From positions 12,181 to 36,180 of the forward strand of contig JAGQBX010000008.1 in assembly GCA_024345855.1 (NCBI GenBank): 24,000 nucleotides of DNA, written 5' to 3'. Under the pieces are notes generated by a model. That model was not told the origin of the DNA. It was given only the letters and a program-made list of their open reading frames with translations, and made no database searches. Origin of the DNA: Synechococcus sp. GreenBA-s (GTDB lineage: Bacteria; Cyanobacteriota; Cyanobacteriia; PCC-6307; Cyanobiaceae). A program made the position numbers and the translations under genes. Below are positions 7,262 to 15,371 of the stretch, piece after piece (within the stretch, counting starts at the first letter, position 1; every line of letters begins with the position of its first letter).

Positions 7262-7311
7262 GACTGGTTCTGCGGGCCCGGCGGATTGGCGGGCCGGTGC
7301 CCGTTCGGGCC

Positions 7312-8391
7312 TCAGGTGCCGGCCCCGTAGAACCGCCGTCGCAGCCCCAGGGAGAGGTAGACGAGACTGACCAGCACGGGCACCTCGATCAGCGGACCGA
7401 TCACGCCGGCCAGCGCCTGGCCGGAGCTCACGCCCCAGAGGCTGACGCTCACGGCGATCGCCAGCTCGAAGTTGTTGCCCGCCGCGGTGAAGGCCAGGGT
7501 CGCCGTGTCGGGATAGCTCAACCCCTGGCGAACACCCACGGCGAAGGCCACACCCCACATGATCGCGAAGTAGCAGAGCAGGGGCATCGCGATCCTCACC
7601 ACGGTGCCCAGCTGGGAGGTGATCGCCTGGCCCTGCAGGGCGAACATCACGAGGATCGTGAACAGCAGTCCGTAGAGCGCCAGGGGGCTGATCAGGGGCA
7701 GAAAGCGCTGCTCGTACCAGCGGCGACCCTTGACCCGCAGCCCGATCCGCCGGGTGAGGAACCCCGCCACCAGGGGGATCCCCAGAAAGATCAGCACGGC
7801 CCGGGCAATCTCCCCGGTGGAGATGGCCACCTCCTGGCGATCCCAGCCGAACCAGCCCGGCAGAACCTTGAGGTAGAAGCTGCCCAGCAGCGCATAGAGC
7901 AGCACCTGCAGGATGGAATTCACGGCCACGAGCAGGGCCGCCCCCTCCCGATTGCCCTGGGCCAGATCGATCCAGATCAGCACCATGGCGATGCAGGGGG
8001 CGAGGCCGATCAACACCAGACCGGTGCGGTAAGCGGGCTGATCGGGGAGAAACAGCCAGGCCAGGGCGAACATCAGCGCCGGACCCAGCAGCCACACCAG
8101 CAACAGGGACAGGCGCAACAGTTTGCGGTCGCCCCGGGAGGCACCCATCTCCTCGTAGCGCACCTTGGCCAGAACCGGGTACATCATCAGCAGCAGGCCG
8201 ATGGCAATCGGCAGCGAGGTCTGGCCGACCTTCACGGCATCGAGCAGCGCCTGCAGACCGGGCACCAGCCGGCCGAGCAGCAGGCCGCCGGCCATCGCCA
8301 GCAGGATCCAGACCGGCAGGAAGCGATCGAGCAGGGGGAGCCGGGCCCTGAGGGGATCAGGGGACGGATCCGGGGGGCTGGGGCGTGGCAT
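7312..8391 (-). CDS. acr3: Arsenite efflux permease, ACR3 family
   Basis: About 10 TM segments with ACR3/BART-like sequence (LDRFLPVWILLAMAGGLLLG, GLAPCIAMVLIW, NNFELAIAV). The ATG at 8391..8389 overlaps the arsR TGA (minus strand reads TGATG). The longer ORF reaching 8595 is an artefactual extension through arsR. Confidence 0.9.
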   Translation of the reverse strand: MPRPSPPDPSPDPLRARLPLLDRFLPVWILLAMAGGLLLGRLVPGLQALLDAVKVGQTSLPIAIGLLLMMYPVLAKVRYEEMGASRGDRKLLRLSLLLVWLLGPALMFALAWLFLPDQPAYRTGLVLIGLAPCIAMVLIWIDLAQGNREGAALLVAVNSILQVLLYALLGSFYLKVLPGWFGWDRQEVAISTGEIARAVLIFLGIPLVAGFLTRRIGLRVKGRRWYEQRFLPLISPLALYGLLFTILVMFALQGQAITSQLGTVVRIAMPLLCYFAIMWGVAFAVGVRQGLSYPDTATLAFTAAGNNFELAIAVSVSLWGVSSGQALAGVIGPLIEVPVLVSLVYLSLGLRRRFYGAGT

Positions 8392-8711
8392 CACGGGCAG
8401 GGGGGCGCGGGGGTTCGGCAGTGGTGGGCCAGGCCGCCCAGCCACTGCTGCAGCTGCTCGATGGCCTCGCTCTGGAGCCGGTAGTAGATCCAGCGGCCGT
8501 CCTGGCGGTCGGTGAGCAGGCCCGCCTCCTTCAGCACCTTGAGGTGGAACGACAACTTCGACTGGGCCAGGCCCAGCTCCGCCGTGAGGTCGCACACGCA
8601 GCGCTCGCCGCCGCCCAGGACCTCCAGCACCTGCAGCCGCAGGGGATCGGCGAGGGCCTTGAGCCGCTGCCGGGCCAGCTCGGGGGTGAGGGGGTGATCC
8701 AGAACACGCAT
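8391..8711 (-). CDS. arsR: ArsR/SmtB-family metalloregulator
   Basis: ALADPLRLQVLEVL followed by ERCVCDL (compare the ELCVCDL As(III) site of classical ArsR), then a winged-HTH (SKLSFHLKVLKEAGLL). Translationally coupled to acr3. Confidence 0.9.
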   Translation of the reverse strand: MRVLDHPLTPELARQRLKALADPLRLQVLEVLGGGERCVCDLTAELGLAQSKLSFHLKVLKEAGLLTDRQDGRWIYYRLQSEAIEQLQQWLGGLAHHCRTPAPPCP

Positions 8712-8712
8712 G

Positions 8713-8750
8713 TCATCAAGTTTAATTGATTGATCAACTGGACTTGATCA
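8713..8750. promoter_or_regulatory. Two adjacent ATCAA-N6-TTGAT inverted repeats; candidate ArsR operators in the arsR / gap divergent region
   Basis: Site A is tcATCAA-gtttaa-TTGATtg (8713..8732). Site B is TGATCAA-ctggac-TTGATCA (8731..8750), with perfect 7-bp arms. The site centres are 18 bp apart. This is the only AT-rich patch in the 86-bp intergenic region, and it starts 2 nt from the arsR ATG. Confidence 0.55.
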
Positions 8751-8797
8751 GGCCCCGCGGGGCCCGGCTCCGTCCGTGATCCGCAGCCAGCCACCCC

Positions 8798-9865
8798 ATG
8801 AAACTCGGCATCAACGGTTTCGGCCGCATCGGCCGCCTGGTGTTCCGCGCCCTCTGGGGTCGCCCCGGCATCGAGATCGTGCACATCAACGATCCCGCCG
8901 CCCCTGCCGATGCCGCCGCCCACCTGCTCGGCTTCGACTCGGTGCACGGCCGCTGGGACCGGTCCGTGGAGGCCAGCCCCGACCAGCCGGACCGCTTCAG
9001 CGTGGACGGCCACAGCATCGGCACCAGCCGCCACGCCGATCCGATCGCGGTGCCCTGGCGCGAGGCCGGGGTGGAGCTGGTGCTCGAGTGCAGCGGCCAC
9101 TTCAAGACACCGGACACCCTGCAGCCCTACTTCGATCAAGCCGGCCTGCGGCGGGTGGTGGTGGCCTGCCCGGTGAAGGGCGTGATCGCCGGCGCCGAGG
9201 CCCTCAATGTGGTGTTCGGCATCAACCACGCGCTCTACGACCCCGCCGTGCATCGCCTGCTGACCGGGGCCTCCTGCACCACCAACTGCCTGGCACCGGT
9301 TGTGAAGGTGGTGCACGAGAGCTTCGGCATCCGCCACGGCTCGATCACCACCCTCCACAACGTCACCAACACCCAGGTCGTCGTCGATGGCTTCAAGGGC
9401 GACCTACGCCGGGCCCGTTCCGCCAGCCAGTCGCTGATCCCCACCACCACGGGGTCGGCCAGGGCGATCGGGCTGATCTTCCCCGAGCTGCAGGGTCGCC
9501 TCAACGGCCACGCCGTGCGGGTGCCCCTGCTCAATGGCTCCCTCACCGATGCGGTGTTCGAACTGGAGCGCCCCGTGGGCGTGGAGGAGGTGAATGCCGC
9601 CTTCGCGGCCGCCGCCGCCGGCCCCCTGGCTGGAATCCTCGGCTACGAGACCCGCCCGCTGGTGTCGATCGACTACGTGAACGATCCCCGCAGCGCCATC
9701 GTCGACGGCCCCTCGACGCTGGTGGTGAACGGCACCCAGCTCAAGGTCTACGCCTGGTATGACAACGAGTGGGGCTACAGCTGCCGCCTGGCCGATCTGG
9801 TGAGCCACGTGGTGGCCCTTGAGCCCGGTCACAAACCCGCCGAACCCGTCACGGGGCTGGCCTGA
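8798..9865 (+). CDS. gap: Glyceraldehyde-3-phosphate dehydrogenase, ars-cluster type (partner of ArsJ)
   Basis: [13 protein letters not shown]-binding motif, catalytic SCTTNCLAP, and WYDNEWGYS. arsJ begins 3 nt downstream. Confidence 0.95.
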   Translation: MKLGINGFGRIGRLVFRALWGRPGIEIVHINDPAAPADAAAHLLGFDSVHGRWDRSVEASPDQPDRFSVDGHSIGTSRHADPIAVPWREAGVELVLECSGHFKTPDTLQPYFDQAGLRRVVVACPVKGVIAGAEALNVVFGINHALYDPAVHRLLTGASCTTNCLAPVVKVVHESFGIRHGSITTLHNVTNTQVVVDGFKGDLRRARSASQSLIPTTTGSARAIGLIFPELQGRLNGHAVRVPLLNGSLTDAVFELERPVGVEEVNAAFAAAAAGPLAGILGYETRPLVSIDYVNDPRSAIVDGPSTLVVNGTQLKVYAWYDNEWGYSCRLADLVSHVVALEPGHKPAEPVTGLA

Positions 9866-9868
9866 GCC

Positions 9869-11164
9869 ATGGATCAGGGCACGTTCCGCCGCGATCCGCT
9901 CGGCAGCCGGCGCCAGCCCCTGTCGGCGCTGCAGCAGTACATGGTGGTGACAGGCGCCTACTGGGCCTTCACCCTCACCGATGGCGCCCTGCGCATGCTG
10001 GTGGTGTTCCACTTCCACCAGCTCGGCTACTCCACCCTGGAGATCGCCGCTCTGTTTCTGTTTTACGAGTTCTTCGGCATCCTCACCAACCTCACCGGCG
10101 GCTGGCTGGGGGCCCGCTTCGGCCTGCGGCTCACCCTCTGGGCAGGGATGGTGCTGCAGATCCTGGCCCTGCTCATGCTGGTGCCCGTCTCGGCCAGCTG
10201 GCCCAGGCTGGCGTCGGTGGCCTACGTGATGGCGGCCCAGGCCCTCAGCGGCATCGCCAAGGACCTCAACAAGATGAGCGCCAAGAGCGCCATCAAGACG
10301 GTGGTGCCCCAGGTGCCGGGCGAGGAACAGCGCAGCGACCAGCGGCTGTTCCGCTGGGTGGCGATTCTCACCGGCTCCAAGAACGCGCTCAAGGGGGTGG
10401 GCTTCTTCCTCGGTGGCGTGCTGCTGGCCGGCCTGGGCTTCGCGGGCTCCGTGGCGGCCATGGCGGCAGGACTGTTCATCGCCCTGCTCGGCACCCTGGT
10501 GCTGCCTGGCGAGATCGGCCGCATGAAGCAGAAGCCCGGATTCGCCTCGGTGTTCTCCAAGAGCGAGGGCATCAACATGCTCTCCCTGGCGCGCTTCTTC
10601 CTGTTCGGCGCCCGGGATGTGTGGTTCGTGGTGGCGCTGCCGGTGTTCCTCGAAGCCACCCTGGGCTGGAAGTTCTGGGAAGTGGGCGGCTTCCTGGGCC
10701 TGTGGGTGATCGGTTACGGCATCGTGCAGGGGTCCGCCCCGGCCCTGCGTCGCGCCTGGGGCCAGACGGACCCGCCGGGGCCTGCGGCCGTGCAGTTCTG
10801 GAGCGCGCTGCTCACGGCCATCCCGGCCCTGATCGCCGTGGCCCTCTGGCGCGAGGTGGCCCACCCGGGGGTAGCGATCGTGGTGGGCCTGGCGGCCTTC
10901 GGGGCGGTGTTCGCCATGAATTCCTCGATCCACAGCTATCTCGTGCTCGCCTACGCCGACAGTGAATCGGTGAGCCTCAATGTGGGCTTCTATTACATGG
11001 CCAATGCCGCCGGGCGCCTGCTGGGAACCCTGCTCTCCGGGGGCGTGTATCTGCTCGGTGGGATGCAGGCCTGCCTGTGGTGCTCCGCCCTGCTGGTGGG
11101 CCTGTCGTATCTGAGCAGCCGGCGCCTGCCGGCTCCGGGACGGGAAGCAGCGAGCCCGGCCTGA
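9869..11164 (+). CDS. arsJ: MFS organoarsenical (1-arseno-3-phosphoglycerate) efflux permease ArsJ
   Basis: The N-terminus YMVVTGAYWAFTLTDGALRMLVVFHFHQLGYS...LFLFYEFFGILTNL is characteristic of ArsJ-type MFS proteins. Tight coupling to gap supports the call. Confidence 0.85.
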   Translation: MDQGTFRRDPLGSRRQPLSALQQYMVVTGAYWAFTLTDGALRMLVVFHFHQLGYSTLEIAALFLFYEFFGILTNLTGGWLGARFGLRLTLWAGMVLQILALLMLVPVSASWPRLASVAYVMAAQALSGIAKDLNKMSAKSAIKTVVPQVPGEEQRSDQRLFRWVAILTGSKNALKGVGFFLGGVLLAGLGFAGSVAAMAAGLFIALLGTLVLPGEIGRMKQKPGFASVFSKSEGINMLSLARFFLFGARDVWFVVALPVFLEATLGWKFWEVGGFLGLWVIGYGIVQGSAPALRRAWGQTDPPGPAAVQFWSALLTAIPALIAVALWREVAHPGVAIVVGLAAFGAVFAMNSSIHSYLVLAYADSESVSLNVGFYYMANAAGRLLGTLLSGGVYLLGGMQACLWCSALLVGLSYLSSRRLPAPGREAASPA

Positions 11165-11255
11165 ACGAAGCCCAGCCCCTGATCGCCATGATGGCCCCGG
11201 CTGGCGACGGCCCATCGGCTGGGCCGGTGTCTGCAGCTGCGAACCGCCCCCCGCG

Positions 11256-12239
11256 ATGGTGTCTTCCCCTCCCCAGCCCGTCTCCCTTGCTGAGCCTGGA
11301 GCGTCGGGAGGGCTCAGCAGCTTTCCAGCGATTCAGCGCACCGCCCTCTCCACCCTGCAGGTGAACCTGGGCTACCAGTGCAACCAGGCCTGCAGCCACT
11401 GCCATGTGAACGCCGGCCCCAGCCGCACCGAGCGGATGGACGAGCACACCCTGGCCCTGATCCCGGCGGTGCTGACGGCGCGCCAGATCGGCACGCTGGA
11501 TCTCACCGGCGGTGCCCCCGAACTGCACACCGGCTTCCGCGGGCTCGTGCGGGCCGCCCGCGGTCAGGGCGTGGAGGTGATCGATCGCTGCAACCTCACG
11601 ATCCTGAGCGAGCCAGGCCAGGAGGATCTGGCGGCGTTTCTGGCCGAGCAGGGCGTCACGGTGGTGGCGTCGCTGCCCTGCTATCTGGCGGCCAACGTCG
11701 ATCGCCAGCGCGGCGATGGCGTGTTCGCCCGCAGCATCGCCGGGCTGCAAAGGCTCAACGCCCTCGGGTACGGCCAGCCGGATTCGGGGCTGGCGCTGCA
11801 CCTCGTCTACAACCCCCAGGGGCCGGTGCTGCCCCCAGCCCAGGACCAGCTGGAGGCCGACTACAAGCGGGTGCTCGCCGCCGACTTCAGCATCGTCTTC
11901 AACCAGCTCTTCGCCCTGGCGAACATGCCGATCCAGCGCTTCGGCGCGGTGCTGCGCGCCAGCGGGCAGCTGGCCGACTACCAGGCGCTGCTGCGGGCCA
12001 GCCACCGCGCGGCGAATCTGGAACGGGTGATGTGCCGCTCGCTGATCAGCGTCGACTGGCAGGGGCAGCTCTTCGACTGCGACTTCAACCAGCAGCTGCA
12101 GCTGCCCCTGGCCGGTGGGCCTGCCCATCTGCGGGATCTGCTGCAGCGGGATCCGGCGGGCGATGCGATCCGGGTGGCGGACCACTGCTTCGGATGCACG
12201 GCGGGCAGCGGCTCCAGCTGCGGCGGTGCCCTCGGCTGA
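11256..12239 (+). CDS. arsS: Radical SAM / Cys-rich domain protein, arsenosugar biosynthesis ArsS-like
   Basis: Radical-SAM triad in LQVNLGYQCNQACSHCHV and a C-terminal Cys cluster HCFGCTAGSGSSCGG. Neighboured by arsM and two transferase-like genes. Confidence 0.85.
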   Translation: MVSSPPQPVSLAEPGASGGLSSFPAIQRTALSTLQVNLGYQCNQACSHCHVNAGPSRTERMDEHTLALIPAVLTARQIGTLDLTGGAPELHTGFRGLVRAARGQGVEVIDRCNLTILSEPGQEDLAAFLAEQGVTVVASLPCYLAANVDRQRGDGVFARSIAGLQRLNALGYGQPDSGLALHLVYNPQGPVLPPAQDQLEADYKRVLAADFSIVFNQLFALANMPIQRFGAVLRASGQLADYQALLRASHRAANLERVMCRSLISVDWQGQLFDCDFNQQLQLPLAGGPAHLRDLLQRDPAGDAIRVADHCFGCTAGSGSSCGGALG

Positions 12240-12299
12240 GGCCGGATCCGCGTGCGCGCTGGCGGGCGGGGTTGGCGGGGTTCAGCGCTGATCGGGGGC

Positions 12300-12977
12300 T
12301 CAGCCCGACGGAGCGCCTGACCCTCGCCCTGCCGCTTCCCGGCGCCAGTGGTCGGCGAGCTGCCGGAGGTCGCCCTCCAGGCTGGCGAGGTCATCCGGGG
12401 TGTCGATGTCGACCAGGGGCGGCTGCTCCTGCCAGGAGCAGCCGGCGGCAGCCAGACGCCGGCGCGTCTCGGGCAGAACCGCTGGTGTGCTCCAGGGCAT
12501 GGCCGTGAACAGGCTGGGCTGCCAGCGCCGCAGCCCCAGCAGGGCGTAGCCCCCATCCTTGGTTGGCACCAGGGCCGCCTCGTGGCTCTGCAGCTGGACG
12601 GCGGCGGTCCGCAGCTGGGGCACCCCCAGGGCAGGGCAGTCCATGCCGATCAGCAGGACCGCCTCCCCTTCTGCAAGCGCACGGCCGGCGGCCCGCGCCA
12701 TCCGGGCGCCGAGATCCCCATCCCCCTGCGCGCTCCACCGCAGGCCGGGCGGCCACTGGAGCTGATGCCAGATGGGCAGCGGCAGTGCGGGCGCCACGCA
12801 CAGCTCCACCGGCCCCAGATCAGCCGCCACTGCCGTGGCCACCGCCCGCTCCAGCATCGCGGCCGCCAGGGCTGCCGCCCCCTCCGGCCCCAGGGCGGGC
12901 ATCAGGCGCGTCTTCACCTGGCCGGGGAGCGGCGCCTTGGCCATCAGGATCGTGCGGCAGGCTTGGCTCCGGGCCAT
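12300..12977 (-). CDS. DUF2064 / TIGR04282-like (arsenosugar-associated) transferase
   Basis: The N-terminus ILMAKAPLPGQVKTRLMP...GPEGAAALAAAML is typical of DUF2064. ATG 12977 gives the usual short N-terminus; an alternative start exists at 13016. Confidence 0.7.
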   Translation of the reverse strand: MARSQACRTILMAKAPLPGQVKTRLMPALGPEGAAALAAAMLERAVATAVAADLGPVELCVAPALPLPIWHQLQWPPGLRWSAQGDGDLGARMARAAGRALAEGEAVLLIGMDCPALGVPQLRTAAVQLQSHEAALVPTKDGGYALLGLRRWQPSLFTAMPWSTPAVLPETRRRLAAAGCSWQEQPPLVDIDTPDDLASLEGDLRQLADHWRREAAGRGSGAPSG

Positions 12978-13051
12978 GGCGCGGCGATCCAGGGGCATGA
13001 CCCGCCAGGCTGGCATGGGGATCCTTCCGCCCCCGCGCTCCCGCCAACGCC

Positions 13052-14104
13052 ATGACCAGCCTCACCAGCGCCGTTCAGGAGTACTACGGCTCCACCCTCA
13101 CGGGCACCGCGGACCTGCGCACCAGCGCCTGCTGCGATGCCAGCAGCGTGCCCGAGGCCCTCAGGCCCCTGCTGGCCCGCATCCACCCCGAGGTGCTGTC
13201 GCGCTACTACGGCTGCGGCCTGGTGGTCCCGCCATTGCTGCAGGGGGCCCGGGTGCTGGATCTGGGCTGCGGCAGCGGCCGGGATGTCTACCTGCTGGCC
13301 CAGCTGGTGGGCGAGCGCGGCGAGGTGGTGGGCGTCGACATGACCGCCGAGCAGCTGGCGGTGGCGGAGCGCCACCGCACCTTCCATGCCGAGCAGTTCG
13401 GCTACGCCAACGTGCGCTTTCTGGATGGCGCCATCGAGCGGCTTGACGCGCTCGATCTCGAACCCGCCAGCTTCGATCTGGTGATCTCCAACTGCGTTGT
13501 CAACCTGTCGGTCGACAAGCTGGCGGTGCTGCAGGGGGTGCGGCGCCTGCTCAAACCGGGCGGTGAGTTCTACTTCGCCGATGTCTACGCCGATCGGCGC
13601 ATTCCCCAGGCGCTGCGCGACGATCCGGTGCTCTACGGCGAATGCCTGAGCGGGGCCCTCTACTGGAACGACTTCCTGCGGCTGGCGCGGCAGGCCGGCT
13701 TCGCCGATCCGCGGCTGGTGAGTGATCGTCCCCTGCAGGTGACCGACCCGGAGCTGGCCGCCCGCACCGGCACGATCGGCTTCCATTCCGCCACCTATCG
13801 CCTGTTCCACATCGACGACCTGGAGGACGCCTGCGAGGACCACGGCCAGGCGGTGATCTACCGCGGCACGATTCCTGACCACCCCCACCAGCTGCCCTTC
13901 GACAAGCACCACCTGATCGACACCGGCCGGGTGTTTCCGGTGTGTGGCAACACCTACCGCATGCTCGCCGAAAGCCGCCTGGCGAGCCATTTCACGTTCA
14001 TCGGCGACTTCAGCCGCCACTACGGCCTGTTCCCCGGCTGCGGCGGCTCCCTGCCGTTCGACAGCACCACGGCCGAGGCCGCCGCAGGGGGCTCCTGCTG
14101 CTGA
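13052..14104 (+). CDS. arsM: Arsenite S-adenosylmethionine methyltransferase ArsM
   Basis: SAM motif I VLDLGCGSGRDVY. N-terminal cysteines TSACCDAS and YYGCG, later cysteines in YGECLSG and FPVCGNTY, and a C-terminal GGSCC. Confidence 0.9.
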   Translation: MTSLTSAVQEYYGSTLTGTADLRTSACCDASSVPEALRPLLARIHPEVLSRYYGCGLVVPPLLQGARVLDLGCGSGRDVYLLAQLVGERGEVVGVDMTAEQLAVAERHRTFHAEQFGYANVRFLDGAIERLDALDLEPASFDLVISNCVVNLSVDKLAVLQGVRRLLKPGGEFYFADVYADRRIPQALRDDPVLYGECLSGALYWNDFLRLARQAGFADPRLVSDRPLQVTDPELAARTGTIGFHSATYRLFHIDDLEDACEDHGQAVIYRGTIPDHPHQLPFDKHHLIDTGRVFPVCGNTYRMLAESRLASHFTFIGDFSRHYGLFPGCGGSLPFDSTTAEAAAGGSCC

Positions 14105-14111
14105 GCGCCCC

Positions 14112-15371
14112 TCAGCGGTAGAGACGCACCAGGGTGAAGGCGGGCACGCCGAGCCAGTAGGCGAACCGCAACCCCCACATCAGCACGATGGTGCGCCAGA
14201 CGCCATGCCGTTCCCAGCGGCGGCCGGAGGTCAGCACCGGCGGCCGCAGGCAGACCGGGGGACTGAGGCGTCTGAGGCGCGCGGAGAGGGCGATGTCCTC
14301 CATCAGCGGCTGGTCTGGGAAGCCCCCCGCTCTCCCATAGGCCTCGCGGGTCATGAACAGTGCCTGATCGCCGGTGGCGATGCCGCTGAGCCGGGAGCGC
14401 AGGTTGATGGCCCGGCTCACCACGGCGAGCAGACACCGCGCGCTGTCGATGCGCACGTCGAAGCGGCCCCAGCAGCGGGGGCCCCGCAGGCCCTGGCGCA
14501 CCAGCTCCAGGGCGCCGTCGGGCAGACGGGTGTCGGCGTGCAGAAACAGGAGGATCTCTGCCGTTGCCCGCTCGGCCCCGCGCCGCAGCTGGCCCCCCCG
14601 ACCCCGCGGCGCGGCGATCACCCGCAGCCCGGCCTGCTCCAGCCGATCCACGGTGTCGTCCGTGCTTCCGCCATCCACCAGCAGCACCTCGGCGCCGCTG
14701 GCCTGCAGCGCCTGCCAGCTGGGGCTGAACCGGCGCACCGCCTCAGCCTCATTCAGCACCGGGATGATCACGCTGACCCGTGGCTGGCGCCGCCGCCGTT
14801 CGGCCTGGAGCTGGCCCTGGATCTCGGCCTGGATCGCCGCCAGGTCCGCCGACCAGTCGATGGGGCGGGAGCTGGGGATCTCCAGGCCGCGATCCTCCAG
14901 GGCCGCCTCGCGGTCGCCCGGTGGGGCGTGGCGCTCCAGGCAGGCGTCGCGCTCCTGCAGCAGTGCCGCGATCTCCTCCCGGTAGACGCCCAGGAAGTGG
15001 GTGAGCCAGCGGCCCAGCAGGGGATCGGGGTGGCCCGGGGTCCGCGACCCGTGGCGATCCGGCACCGGGAACGCAAACCGCTCCAGTAGCGGGATCGTCT
15101 CAGCGGCAGGCAGCCAGGCATCCTCCGCCACCCAGCGGTTGAGCGTGAACAGGCCGATCGGCAGGCCCCTGGCATCGAGGCTGATGCCGATCAGGTGGGT
15201 GAGCGCAGCCCCTGGGGTTGCCGGCAGGAACAGGTGCAGATGGCCGTGTTCGCCGCCCTCGCGATGGCAGTGGTAGTAGAAGTGCGCCCCCGACTCGGGG
15301 TCGTGGCAATCCCCCGAGGGGTAGTGGCGCTCGGCCTGGATCACGCCACCCCCGGTGATCGCGGCGACCAC
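14112..15371 (-). CDS. Family-2 glycosyltransferase (TIGR04283-like, arsenosugar-associated) fused to a His-rich N-terminal domain of unknown function
   Basis: The GT2 core spans roughly residue 198 onward (VSVIIPVLNEAE, LLVDGGSTDDT, LFLHADT, C-terminal RRWERHGVWRT). Residues 1-135 carry ERHYPSGDCHDPESGAHFYYHCHREGGEHGHLHLF. The frame is continuous and starts at GTG 15371. Confidence 0.75.
   Translation of the reverse strand: MVAAITGGGVIQAERHYPSGDCHDPESGAHFYYHCHREGGEHGHLHLFLPATPGAALTHLIGISLDARGLPIGLFTLNRWVAEDAWLPAAETIPLLERFAFPVPDRHGSRTPGHPDPLLGRWLTHFLGVYREEIAALLQERDACLERHAPPGDREAALEDRGLEIPSSRPIDWSADLAAIQAEIQGQLQAERRRRQPRVSVIIPVLNEAEAVRRFSPSWQALQASGAEVLLVDGGSTDDTVDRLEQAGLRVIAAPRGRGGQLRRGAERATAEILLFLHADTRLPDGALELVRQGLRGPRCWGRFDVRIDSARCLLAVVSRAINLRSRLSGIATGDQALFMTREAYGRAGGFPDQPLMEDIALSARLRRLSPPVCLRPPVLTSGRRWERHGVWRTIVLMWGLRFAYWLGVPAFTLVRLYR

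Noticed and set aside
7262-7311. GC hairpins just after the acr3 stop, considered as a terminator
   Set aside because: The stems are short (4-6 bp) and no U-tract follows, so this does not look like an intrinsic terminator. See the read-through finding.
8392-8595. 68-codon N-terminal extension of the acr3 ORF
   Set aside because: The extension runs through arsR in another frame and is Pro/Gly/Ala-rich. ATG 8391..8389 gives a normal-length ACR3 (359 aa) and a TGATG coupling junction with arsR.
9404-11215. 603-aa minus-strand ORF
   Set aside because: It is antisense to gap and arsJ, which both have clear family motifs. Its composition is dominated by G/A/R/H/Q/P with no domain signatures, so it is a shadow ORF.
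12256-12288. GCGCTG...CAGCGC inverted repeat enclosing a G-rich tract with a GCGGGGTT tandem (12266..12283), considered as a bidirectional terminator or G-quadruplex
   Set aside because: The loop is 21 nt, neither strand has a U-tract, and only three runs of 3 or more G fall within a canonical G4 window. It is probably just GC-rich spacer between the convergent genes.
12944-14020. 358-aa minus-strand ORF and similar long antisense ORFs (for example 2351..3415, 3097..4179, 10977..12185, 15500..16858, 19084..20295, 7297..8484)
   Set aside because: Each lies opposite a gene with strong family motifs, and none shows a recognisable domain. The absence of stop codons is expected from the GC-rich codon bias on the complementary strand.
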